DNA of 56,442 nucleotides from Minisyncoccia bacterium (GCA_965659025.1 CBFHTW010000001.1:1-56442); one strand, 5' to 3'. Numbered from the stretch's first letter, positions 26,251-34,766 are shown. Numbers and translations: made by a program. Notes: a model not told the origin generated them from the letters alone.

Positions 26251-26778
26251 TCAGTTGCCGACGAAACAGCCAAGACGGCCGCTCGGGTCAGTCTTCCAGA
26301 CGCCGGGTTTGCCGGTCATCTGGCCGGTGCACGCGGCACCTTCGACGGCGCCGGAGCCATAGACCGAAACCATCGCGACCGATGAGCCACACGTCCCGCA
26401 AGGGGCGCGAGTGACAGGCGGTGCGATAACCGGAGCCGGGCACGGAGCCGGAGCAACACGAACCTGCGCCGGCGGCAGATAGGTAACCTGCGGCACCTGC
26501 CGCACGATCACCCGTTGCGGTACCTCCACCACACGAGGCGGCGGGGTCTGCACGACGACCGGCGCGGACGCCGCGATCGGCGCGCATCCGGGCGCATTGC
26601 ACACGGCCCGAACAGTGCGGTAAATCGGCTTGCGCACCGTGACGGTGCGGTAGCCGATGACGCGCTTCTGTGTCATGCATCCGCCCTGATGGGCGTATGT
26701 CTGACAGCCAGCCTCGGCGGCCGGCGCGAAAGCAAAAATACCAACCGCGGCAAGCGCGGCAACGATCAGATTGCGCAT
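26251..26778 (-). CDS. Secreted Cys/Pro-rich protein, paralog 2 of the two-Cys C-terminal module family
   Basis: ATG at 26778 preceded by AAGGAGG. Signal peptide MRNLIVAALAAVGIFAFAPAAEA-G. A Pro/Val/Gln-rich linker, and the C-terminus GAVEGAACTGQMTGKPGVWKTDPSGRLGCFVGN. Confidence 0.75.
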   Translation of the reverse strand: MRNLIVAALAAVGIFAFAPAAEAGCQTYAHQGGCMTQKRVIGYRTVTVRKPIYRTVRAVCNAPGCAPIAASAPVVVQTPPPRVVEVPQRVIVRQVPQVTYLPPAQVRVAPAPCPAPVIAPPVTRAPCGTCGSSVAMVSVYGSGAVEGAACTGQMTGKPGVWKTDPSGRLGCFVGN

Positions 26779-26888
26779 GGCAACCTCCTTTTTGCGCCGC
26801 CGCGAGGCGGCTTTGTTAAAGATCAGTGGCTTGTGAAAGCCATCTAGGTACAGATTTGCACCCAGAATTACATTCACAAAAAGTTGGA

Positions 26889-26919
26889 GGAAGCGGCCGG
26901 CCATTGCGCGGCCGCTTCC
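26889..26919 (-). terminator. Hairpin GGAAGCGGCCG-(9 nt)-CGGCCGCTTCC followed by a T-tract
   Basis: Just downstream of the paralog 3 stop. On the minus strand it is followed by TCCAACTTTTTG. Confidence 0.65.
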
Positions 26920-26926
26920 AAAAAGA

Positions 26927-27184
26927 TCATGGCCCCACCCAACAACCGAGTTTGCCATTGGGGGCAAGCTTCCAGACGCCGGGCTTTCCGGTGGTCGCAC
27001 CGACGCACGATGCGCCAGCCACTAGGGGACCTTCCTGTGTCTGGAACTTCACCGCAGGCACAATAATGCCCGGCGATGCCGTGGATTGGATTCCCTTGTA
27101 GGTGTAGTAGCCGAGGTTCGCCCCGACCACAACGACAACAAGGATAATAATAATCCACCCCAACGATTCCGCAATTTTTGCCAT
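26927..27184 (-). CDS. Small membrane-anchored protein, paralog 3 of the two-Cys C-terminal module family
   Basis: ATG at 27184 with a GGAGGG SD. TM helix (LGWIIIILVVVVVGANLGYYTYK). C-terminus GPLVAGASCVGATTGKPGVWKLAPNGKLGCWVGP. Confidence 0.75.
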   Translation of the reverse strand: MAKIAESLGWIIIILVVVVVGANLGYYTYKGIQSTASPGIIVPAVKFQTQEGPLVAGASCVGATTGKPGVWKLAPNGKLGCWVGP

Positions 27185-27253
27185 CTGTATACCCTCCGCG
27201 CTCGTTACCCCGAGCAATGGGCCGCACGAAGCGGTATCTTTTTATCCTCCGCC

Positions 27254-27281
27254 ATTATATCAGAAAGAATACCCTTGTCAA
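27254..27281 (-). promoter_or_regulatory. Consensus sigma-70 promoter TTGACA-16-(TGA)TATAAT upstream of paralog 3
   Basis: On the minus strand CCCTTGACAAGGGTATTCTTTCTGATATAATGG. Perfect -35 and -10 hexamers plus a TGn extended -10. Confidence 0.7.
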
Positions 27282-27308
27282 GGGCATGTAGTCATCTCGG
27301 CCAAAGCG

Positions 27309-27569
27309 CTATACAGCGCCCTCTTTTATTTCTTCTTGCAAGGCTTCAAGCGCTTCCAGTGCTTCTATTCCCTCCTCTTGTGCTTGTAGCAGTGGGTCAC
27401 CGCCGCTTGCCTCTTTGCTTACCGCATCCGTGTAAAACCACAGAAGCGCAGTCCCTTTTACATCATCCGGCAATTCGGCAAAGTGCTTCACGACAAATTC
27501 CTCGGCAGCCTGTTCGCCTTCTGTCTTCAAGACTCGCTCCATCTCCTGCAATAGTTCTTCGCGTGTCAT
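27309..27569 (-). CDS. Hypothetical small acidic protein (86 aa)
   Basis: Glu-rich and predicted helical. Separated by 3 nt from the upstream gene. I recognise no family. Confidence 0.5.
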   Translation of the reverse strand: MTREELLQEMERVLKTEGEQAAEEFVVKHFAELPDDVKGTALLWFYTDAVSKEASGGDPLLQAQEEGIEALEALEALQEEIKEGAV

Positions 27570-27572
27570 ATG

Positions 27573-28763
27573 TTATGGAAGCAAACTTTTAATGTCGTCT
27601 TTCGTGGCGGGAGTAGAACCAAACAATAGCATCAACAGTATACTGAAGACACCGCGCCCCTTGTATTTCCGGCGTTGCGCCACCTCCCGTTTGGCAAATT
27701 CTTCTTTGAGAGAATCGCGGAGCGCTGGCTGTTTGGATATGTTTTTTATATTGCGGCGCTTGCACTCTTCTTTTTCATACGCCTCGTACCGCGCAACGAC
27801 TGCCGCTGGGCTCGGGTCGGACTCTTTCTTTATGTGTTCGTACTCATCTATGGTCTTTACGGTGTCCGGATTCTTACGCTCTACACTCTCTACCAGCGAA
27901 GACCCACTGCGCATGTACGACTGAATGCCATGAATATCATCGGGGGTGATCGTCGCATGTAAAAATCTCGCGATGGTGACACGGTGCACATCACACTTCT
28001 TCATGAGCCCTTCTTGTTCCTCTAGATTCCTGAAGATCTTCCGTCCACGGTGCGATGAAAGAGCGTGGAATGTAACAAAATCAACCGATTTTCTAAACCA
28101 GCCATATTCCTTTGAGGCCGCTTCGCGAAGATTTTTAAGCGTCTGTGATCGTCCGGCGTCAAGACCAAGTCGTGTCGCCTCGGAGAGTTCTTCATGCGAC
28201 ACACTATATTTGGAAAGTATGGCGGTAAGGCGATCGTCAAGTTTTTCTGCCTCTTTACCTGTCTCTATCTCGTGTATTGATTTGAGTGCGTGAGTGATCA
28301 TGGTGAGTGCGGTTGGGTCTGAGTGTCCAAAATCCTGCATCTTTGCGCGCATGAGCCGCGCCATTTCCCCCTCTCCAGTCTGGCCAACAAGTGTCGCCAA
28401 ACGAGTGTCTGTTTTTGCAATACGCTTCATCTCGTCGGCAGTGAGTGCTTGAGAAACTATCTCTATTTCCCTAGAGCGCAGATTGTATAATTTACGCATA
28501 GACTCAAGCTCATTTGACTGCTCTGGAGTGAGACGTCCTTCTCTGACCGCATCGGCAACATCAACGGCAAAATCAGGCCTATGCGTATACAGGAATTCAT
28601 TTAGAAACCTGTTCTGCTGCTTGGGGTCCTGCAATATGTCTTTGAGAGTGCGATTATTTTCGGGAAAAGATACCTCCTCATCCTTATGAAATGGGTGTTT
28701 AATCGTTTCTTCGTGCGAAGCGTGTAGCCGCTTTATTCGGCTCAATCTATCAAGTCTTTCCAT
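27573..28763 (-). CDS. Hypothetical helical protein with a C-terminal TM tail anchor
   Basis: Start at the ATG at 28763 (MERLDRLSRIK...). Charged and helical throughout, with a C-terminal GVFSILLMLLFGS hydrophobic segment. I recognise no family. The region is AT-richer. Confidence 0.65.
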   Translation of the reverse strand: MERLDRLSRIKRLHASHEETIKHPFHKDEEVSFPENNRTLKDILQDPKQQNRFLNEFLYTHRPDFAVDVADAVREGRLTPEQSNELESMRKLYNLRSREIEIVSQALTADEMKRIAKTDTRLATLVGQTGEGEMARLMRAKMQDFGHSDPTALTMITHALKSIHEIETGKEAEKLDDRLTAILSKYSVSHEELSEATRLGLDAGRSQTLKNLREAASKEYGWFRKSVDFVTFHALSSHRGRKIFRNLEEQEGLMKKCDVHRVTIARFLHATITPDDIHGIQSYMRSGSSLVESVERKNPDTVKTIDEYEHIKKESDPSPAAVVARYEAYEKEECKRRNIKNISKQPALRDSLKEEFAKREVAQRRKYKGRGVFSILLMLLFGSTPATKDDIKSLLP

Positions 28764-28782
28764 GACAGTATTGTGCCATGGC

Positions 28783-28803
28783 AAAAAAGCCGCGCAAGGC
28801 GGC
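28783..28803 (-). terminator. Short GC hairpin GCCGC-CTTGC-GCGGC followed by T6
   Basis: Downstream of the sortase stop on the minus strand. Confidence 0.5.
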
Positions 28804-28823
28804 ATTTGGATAACAAAAGACTC

Positions 28824-29468
28824 CTATTGAGCCGAAATGATCTCCGCCTCAACCACCCAGCGGGCGGTTTTTTTGCCAAAGGTGTCGCAAGTGGAAAGCA
28901 CAAGCTTGCCCGCGCCGCCCGAGGCGAGGTCTATCATTTCTTCGCTTGCGTCGGTGTGGCGCACGGATGTGACGCGATACGTGTCAGTGCGACTCGCGCC
29001 AGAGACGACGATGGTGTCGCCCACGCCGAGCTCATTGATACGATTGAACGCCTGGTACATTTTGTTATGCACGATAGGCAGATGCGAGCTGTGCGCAAAA
29101 ACAAACATCGTACCGCCTTCGCCGAGCAGTGCGGAATCAGGATACCGAACAGGCCCCGCAGAGAGCAGCACGTCCAACGCGTCGGCATCTTTGGTGGCTG
29201 GGTTTTGTATGAGCAGATCCAAACCGATCGCGGATGCGGTGATGCGCTCCGGTACCACGCCACGCACGACTATGGACGCCGCCGACTCTTCGCCAAGCTG
29301 GGGAATGGAAGAAAGCGCCACGCGATCATGCGCCGGTGAAGAGCCGTCCACATAGTATGGGACAAACCCCACAGACTCCGCCGCAGAGAGCGACAACACA
29401 AACATGACGACAGTCGTCGCCAGAAAGATGCCCTTGGGCGCTGTGTGTTGTGTGTTGGGCGTATTCAT
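28824..29468 (-). CDS. Sortase family transpeptidase
   Basis: N-terminal TM anchor. Catalytic His region (MFVFAHSSH), the TLxTC-like Cys motif (KLVLSTCD) and a downstream Arg (ARWVVEA). An alternative start is 29486. Confidence 0.8.
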   Translation of the reverse strand: MNTPNTQHTAPKGIFLATTVVMFVLSLSAAESVGFVPYYVDGSSPAHDRVALSSIPQLGEESAASIVVRGVVPERITASAIGLDLLIQNPATKDADALDVLLSAGPVRYPDSALLGEGGTMFVFAHSSHLPIVHNKMYQAFNRINELGVGDTIVVSGASRTDTYRVTSVRHTDASEEMIDLASGGAGKLVLSTCDTFGKKTARWVVEAEIISAQ

Positions 29469-29563
29469 GGTCTTACTATTATACACTATTCTTGCTTGCT
29501 GTCAACTTGACTAAATAGCGCCTTGGCTGTATAGTTTTGCCGTTATAGGATATCACACCTCGT

Positions 29564-30283
29564 ATGCCTACACCGGAAGAAAAGAATAGCTTGCTCTCCG
29601 ATACTATTGCGGCAATTGGTTTTTTTGCCGTCATTACCGTGGCTCTATGGGGCACGGGGAATGTTATTCGTGTTGCTCCTTCTATCTTTAGTGCGCTTGT
29701 CCCCTCTTCTACGACAGTCGCCACAAAAGCGACCACAAGCAATGTGATAGTAAAACCCAACCTCTCGCCCGCGGCATTGGTGACGGCAGAGCGCAGACAA
29801 CAGCAAACCGCTTTGCAAAAGATTGACTTCTCTCGCTACCACGCCACTACCACGCTCGTGCAGAAAAAGGCACCAGCCGTCGCAACGTCAAAAAAGTCCA
29901 CCACTAAGACAGCGGCACCTGTGGGACGCCCGGATCTTTCTGTGTCTATTACCGCGGTTGGTATGATTGATCCGACGACAGGCATATTCATTGAACGAAT
30001 GCCTATGGACAGAGCGGAGATTGGCGCCGTGCGGTTTGTCGTGCGCAATGTAGGCTCCGCCGCTTCAGGCTCATGGCGCTTCAGTGCGTCGCTCCCTGTT
30101 TCCACCGATGAATCTTCATACTCATCCGTATCCCAGCCTTCGCTAAGTCCCGGCGGGTATGTGTCATACACCCTGCGCTTCAACAACACCGTCCCAGGTG
30201 ATGACTTCATCGTGCGCGTGGATCCGGGTGGACACGTAAACGAATCTCGCACCTCCAACAACACCGCTTCGGTGAGGTTTTAA
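29564..30283 (+). CDS. Membrane-anchored CARDB-like (Ig-fold) domain protein
   Basis: N-terminal TM helix and a Thr/Ala/Lys-rich linker. The C-terminal PDLSVSITAV...VRNVGSAASGSWRFSASLP...VDPGGHVNESRTSNN resembles CARDB. Confidence 0.65.
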   Translation: MPTPEEKNSLLSDTIAAIGFFAVITVALWGTGNVIRVAPSIFSALVPSSTTVATKATTSNVIVKPNLSPAALVTAERRQQQTALQKIDFSRYHATTTLVQKKAPAVATSKKSTTKTAAPVGRPDLSVSITAVGMIDPTTGIFIERMPMDRAEIGAVRFVVRNVGSAASGSWRFSASLPVSTDESSYSSVSQPSLSPGGYVSYTLRFNNTVPGDDFIVRVDPGGHVNESRTSNNTASVRF

Positions 30284-30290
30284 CCGTGCG

Positions 30291-32324
30291 TTAGATATCC
30301 AACGTCGCCTCTTTCGCGTGCGACTGGATGAATGACTTGCGCGCCGAGACGTCGGTGCCCATGAGCATGTCAAAGACGATGTCGGCATCCTGCGCGTCTT
30401 CAATCGTAACGCGTTTGAGAATGCGGCGCGCCGGATCCATGGTCGTCTCCCACAGTTCGCTGTCGTTCATTTCACCCAAACCCTTGTAGCGTTGCACAGA
30501 AATCTTGGCAACGCGCTTTTTGGTTGTCTCCTCTTCTTCCTCGCCGCCCTCCGCCTCTTCTGTGTTGGTTTCTTCTTCTATAGGGGTGTCGGAGCCCGCG
30601 ATGGCAATCTTCTCTTCCTCGGAATATGCGTAGGCAACATCCTTCCCTTTCTTTATCTTAAAAAGCGGCGGCTGTGCAATGTAAAGGAAGCCACCGTCAA
30701 TCACAGGACGGAAGTGGCGGTAGAAGAGCGTGAGTAGAAGCGTGCGGATGTGCGCGCCGTCTACGTCGGCATCGGTGGCGATGATGATTTTGTGATAACG
30801 CAGTTTGCTGACGTCAAAGATATCCCCAATCGCCGTACCAAGCGCCACAACGAGATTTCTTATTTGCTCTGAAGCAAGGATCTTGTCCACGCGGGCGCGT
30901 TCAATGTTGAGTATCTTGCCGCGCAACGGCAAAATAGCCTGCGTGCGGCGGTCGCGCCCCATCTTAGCGGTGCCGCCAGCGGAGTCACCCTCTACAATAA
31001 AGAGTTCTGATTCTCCCGCGTCTTTAGTCTGACAGTCGGCAAGCTTGCCCGGAAGAGTCATACCCTCCAGCGCACCTTTGCGTAAAATAGAATCTTTGGC
31101 GGCTTTGGCGGCTTTGCGCGCCTTCATGGCGAGAGCAGCCTTTGCGACGATTGCCTTCGCGTCGTCCGGTTTCTCTTCTAGAAAAGCGGCAAACGCTTCA
31201 CCGAAGACGCTCTCCACGGCACTGCGCGCCTCCACACTACCGAGCTTGCCTTTGGTTTGTCCTTCAAACTGCACCTCGCGCATCTTTACCGAAATAACCG
31301 CGGTGAGACCTTCAAGCACGTCGTCGCCAGTGAAGCTGTCGCCGTCTTTTCCGTTGCCGTTCTTCATTTGCGCGTTTAGCGTGCGTGTGAGGGCCGTCTT
31401 GAATCCCGTCACATGCATGCCGCCTTCGGCGTTGTAGATGTTGTTGGCAAACGCAGAGAGGCGCGATGAGACGTCGTCTACATACTGCAGGGCCACTTCC
31501 ACCTGCACGCCCTCCTGCTCTTTCTCTACATAAAAAATATTTTTGTGGACCGGCTCCAGGTGGTGATTTTGGAACGCGACGAGCGAACGCAAGCCACCCT
31601 CAAAATAAAAGGTGAACGACGGGACGTCGGCGCCGAGTTCACGTAGGTAAAAGGCATCGGATTCTTCCACACTTTTCTCATTGCGAAAATCAAGCACGGA
31701 GATGCGCAAGCCGCGCACAAGGTAGGCTTGCTGGCGCAGGTGCGAGACAATCGTTTCCCAGTTGAAGGTGCGGATCGGGAAGATGGTTTCGTCGGGAAGG
31801 AAGCGGATGATGGTGCCGTGTTTGTCGGAACTGCCGATCTTCTTCGTCTTGCCCTGCGGTTTGCCGCCGTTTTTGTATGACTGCTCATGCGCGTCGCCGT
31901 CGCGATGTACTTCTGCGCGCACATACGAAGAAAGCGCGTTGACGACAGAGACGCCGACGCCGTGGAGACCGCCGGAGACCTTGTACCCCTCTCCGCCAAA
32001 TTTACCACCCGCATGCAGGACGGTCATGACTGTCTCCAGTGCGGAGACTTTTGTTTTCGGATGAATATCCACCGGGATACCACGGCCGTTGTCTACCACG
32101 CGCACACTGCCGTCGGGCAAAAGCGCGACCTCAATGTCGTCGGCAAATCCGCCCATGGCCTCGTCGCGCGAGTTATCAAATACTTCCCAAATGAGGTGGT
32201 GCAAACCGGCGCTGTCGGTGGTGCCGATGTACATACCCGGGCGCTTGCGCACCGCCTCAAGTCCTTCAAGGACCGTAATCTGCTCTGCGCCATAGGTGCT
32301 CTTTTTTGCTTTGGAATCGGCCAT
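30291..32324 (-). CDS. gyrB: DNA gyrase subunit B
   Basis: 677 aa. GLEAVRKRPGMYIGT, the GHKL ATPase, the TOPRIM motif (ELFIVEGDSAGG) and a C-terminal tail. Confidence 0.95.
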   Translation of the reverse strand: MADSKAKKSTYGAEQITVLEGLEAVRKRPGMYIGTTDSAGLHHLIWEVFDNSRDEAMGGFADDIEVALLPDGSVRVVDNGRGIPVDIHPKTKVSALETVMTVLHAGGKFGGEGYKVSGGLHGVGVSVVNALSSYVRAEVHRDGDAHEQSYKNGGKPQGKTKKIGSSDKHGTIIRFLPDETIFPIRTFNWETIVSHLRQQAYLVRGLRISVLDFRNEKSVEESDAFYLRELGADVPSFTFYFEGGLRSLVAFQNHHLEPVHKNIFYVEKEQEGVQVEVALQYVDDVSSRLSAFANNIYNAEGGMHVTGFKTALTRTLNAQMKNGNGKDGDSFTGDDVLEGLTAVISVKMREVQFEGQTKGKLGSVEARSAVESVFGEAFAAFLEEKPDDAKAIVAKAALAMKARKAAKAAKDSILRKGALEGMTLPGKLADCQTKDAGESELFIVEGDSAGGTAKMGRDRRTQAILPLRGKILNIERARVDKILASEQIRNLVVALGTAIGDIFDVSKLRYHKIIIATDADVDGAHIRTLLLTLFYRHFRPVIDGGFLYIAQPPLFKIKKGKDVAYAYSEEEKIAIAGSDTPIEEETNTEEAEGGEEEEETTKKRVAKISVQRYKGLGEMNDSELWETTMDPARRILKRVTIEDAQDADIVFDMLMGTDVSARKSFIQSHAKEATLDI

Positions 32325-32380
32325 ATAGAGTGGGTACAGTATAGCAGAAAACCCGCTAAAACAAAAGGTTTTCTGTGGAA

Positions 32381-32406
32381 GAAGTGCGCCGATTGCGTAA
32401 GTCCTA
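32381..32406. repeat. Second copy of the 26-bp dispersed element (GAAGTGCGCCGATTGCGTAAGTCCTA)
   Basis: 25/26 identical by eye to 23498-23523. It starts 2 nt past the pheT stop codon on the minus strand. Confidence 0.75.
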
Positions 32407-32408
32407 TG

Positions 32409-34766
32409 TTACCTAATGCGGTAACCCTTCCCCTCTAGCGCCGCAGTGATGCCTTCCATAAGCACCTGGGCATCGGTGTCGGAGAGTGTTTTGTCGTGCG
32501 ACTGAAACACAAGATGAAATGCGTACGATATGTTGTCGTCTTTTTGGAATGTATCAAACAAAAACACGCGAGAGAGGAGCGGGCCGGCGACAGATCGGAT
32601 GAGCGCCTCTACCTCTGAAGCCGACACAGATGCCGGAACCCACAATGCAATATCGCGCAGAAGGTAGGGAAACGCTGAGATGGGAGTGTACGCCGCGTGC
32701 ACATCCACGCGCGGTGCGGGTGGATACGGCGTCTCTGGAGCGGGCAGGGTGTCCGCAATCGCACCAAGGTCGCACTCAATGATGTCCGCTGTTTCCGTAA
32801 ACGACACGGAAACCCCAAGGGCGGATTCCACCGTACTGCGCGCCAGGGCAAGCGCACTGGCATGCACCTCGCTCTCATGTTTGCCGGGCGGAGCGTATAC
32901 ACCGATCGCGAGCGCAAGCACTTCTTCCTCTTCTTCCGAAAACACATTGCCTATCTCAAACACCCGCACCGTATCACCGCCAAGAAGCGGAAGTTGCTTT
33001 TCGTTGCGCGCGAGCACGTCGGCGAGCGCGCCGCGCAGATCCTTACGCAAAGTGCTTTTGTCAGATGCGAGCGGATTCGCAAGATGCACCACTCCGTCCT
33101 CACGAAGAGCGTACGTAGACACTTCGCAAAAGCCGAGTGCCGAAAGCGCGGCGCGCACGCGCTCGGAGTAGTAAAAACGATTGTCCGGAACCGACACTGC
33201 ATCTTCCGTAAGCGCGGCGATGCCGATTTTTTCATATCCATACACGCGCCCTATCTCTTCTATGAGATCCGCCGGTATGCGCAAATCAAGACGCTCAAAG
33301 GGCACGGTAACGACCGCGCGCAGAGAGGTGTCGTCAAGCACGCGACGATACCCGATCGTGTTGCGGAACGACGGACTCTCATCAAGCGGCTCTATAACCA
33401 CGCGGCCTGGATCGCGCGTGGCATGCAAGACAAGGTTGTTGCCAATGTACAAACCCACATGGTCAATACCCTCGGGTACGGACGTGCCGGGAATGAATTG
33501 TTTTGTCTCGTAATGAATGTTGCCGCGGTTGCTGTTGGAAAAGACGAGATCACCCAGTGTCAGCGCTTCACGAGTAATCGGCGTGCCCCAGACATACTGA
33601 TCAATGGAAATGCTCGGCATGGCGATACCCACCTGCACAAAAAGATAATTCGTGAGCGAAGAACAGCTGAATGTGTGCGGCGCATCAAAACGAATGGCGC
33701 TGTCCCCCTTGTACTGCGCGCCCACGAGCGTCTGCGCCACCTTGAGCACTTTCTCCTGCGGCTGTACCACCTCATACGGAAGTCCCAGTTGCACAAGAAT
33801 GCGCGTGATGTCTTCCAGGGTGAGTTGTGTGCCCAAAAGACGATTAACCTCGCGCGCGGAGACTCCAAGCTTAAACGGCGCTCCGGCCTTGCGGCGCACT
33901 ACGTCAACATCACGAAGCGTTCCTCCTGCGATGTCTGAAATGAGCGCTGTAACGGCGCGCAGGCCGTAGAGCGGCAAGTCGTCGGCGATTTCGTTTTCAA
34001 AGCGTTTGGAGGCGTCGGTGCGAAGCTGGAGTCTTTGTGCGGCGCGACGCGTTACCACCGGATGAAACTTCGCCGCTTCTATCACAATCGTGGACGTCTC
34101 GCCGGTAAGCTCGGCGTGCGCGCCGCCTTTGACTCCCGCGATGGCGATCGGGGTGTCAGACATGGTGTCGATGATAACCATTTCTGCCGGAGAAAGTTCC
34201 AGGCTCTCTCCTCCGAGAATTCCAATGTTCTCTCCCTCGCGAGCATCGCGCACGCCGATAGAGACAACTCCGTCGTGGGAGAGCTTGTTTGCGTCAAACA
34301 CGTGGAGCGGCGTCCCGAGCTCAAACATCACGTAATTTGTCGCGTCAACGATGTTGTTGATAGAGCGTTGCCCTACCGCAGAGAGTCGCTCCACGAGCCA
34401 CGCGGGTGATGGTCCTACTTTCACGTCTTCCATAATTGCCGCGCAGTAGATAGGACAGCGGCTCGTGTCGTGGACGGAGACGCGCACGGAACCCGATGAC
34501 TCGGGAAACACCGGTATATCCCCAGAGAGCGGGTCGCGAGAAAGCGGCACGTCAAGCAGAGAAGAAAGTTCCCTCGCCACTCCGCGGTGAGAGAGACAAT
34601 CGTGCGCGCGATTGGGAAGCACTTTCACATCAAACACATGGTCTGCGCCTGCTTTAGAAACACCTTCTACTTCAAAAGCTCCAAGTGTGAGACGGCTCGC
34701 AAGCTCCTCTGCCGAAGGGAGTGGTTCCTTGAAAAACGTTTTGAGCCATTCGTAGCTGATTAACAT
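32409..34766 (-). CDS. pheT: Phenylalanine--tRNA ligase beta subunit with an inserted NlpC/P60-like domain
   Basis: B3_4 editing domain (CPIYCAAIM...INNIVDATNYVMFELGTPLHVFD), B5 domain, core and FDX-ACB C-terminus. A roughly 145-aa insert at aa 335-480 is described in the findings. No N-terminal OB (tRNA_bind) domain. Confidence 0.93.
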   Translation of the reverse strand: MLISYEWLKTFFKEPLPSAEELASRLTLGAFEVEGVSKAGADHVFDVKVLPNRAHDCLSHRGVARELSSLLDVPLSRDPLSGDIPVFPESSGSVRVSVHDTSRCPIYCAAIMEDVKVGPSPAWLVERLSAVGQRSINNIVDATNYVMFELGTPLHVFDANKLSHDGVVSIGVRDAREGENIGILGGESLELSPAEMVIIDTMSDTPIAIAGVKGGAHAELTGETSTIVIEAAKFHPVVTRRAAQRLQLRTDASKRFENEIADDLPLYGLRAVTALISDIAGGTLRDVDVVRRKAGAPFKLGVSAREVNRLLGTQLTLEDITRILVQLGLPYEVVQPQEKVLKVAQTLVGAQYKGDSAIRFDAPHTFSCSSLTNYLFVQVGIAMPSISIDQYVWGTPITREALTLGDLVFSNSNRGNIHYETKQFIPGTSVPEGIDHVGLYIGNNLVLHATRDPGRVVIEPLDESPSFRNTIGYRRVLDDTSLRAVVTVPFERLDLRIPADLIEEIGRVYGYEKIGIAALTEDAVSVPDNRFYYSERVRAALSALGFCEVSTYALREDGVVHLANPLASDKSTLRKDLRGALADVLARNEKQLPLLGGDTVRVFEIGNVFSEEEEEVLALAIGVYAPPGKHESEVHASALALARSTVESALGVSVSFTETADIIECDLGAIADTLPAPETPYPPAPRVDVHAAYTPISAFPYLLRDIALWVPASVSASEVEALIRSVAGPLLSRVFLFDTFQKDDNISYAFHLVFQSHDKTLSDTDAQVLMEGITAALEGKGYRIR

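Noticed and set aside
32697-33938. 413-aa plus-strand ORF
   Set aside because: It lies entirely antisense to pheT. The Arg/His/Cys-rich, low-complexity translation shows no motifs, whereas pheT on the opposite strand has unambiguous homology.
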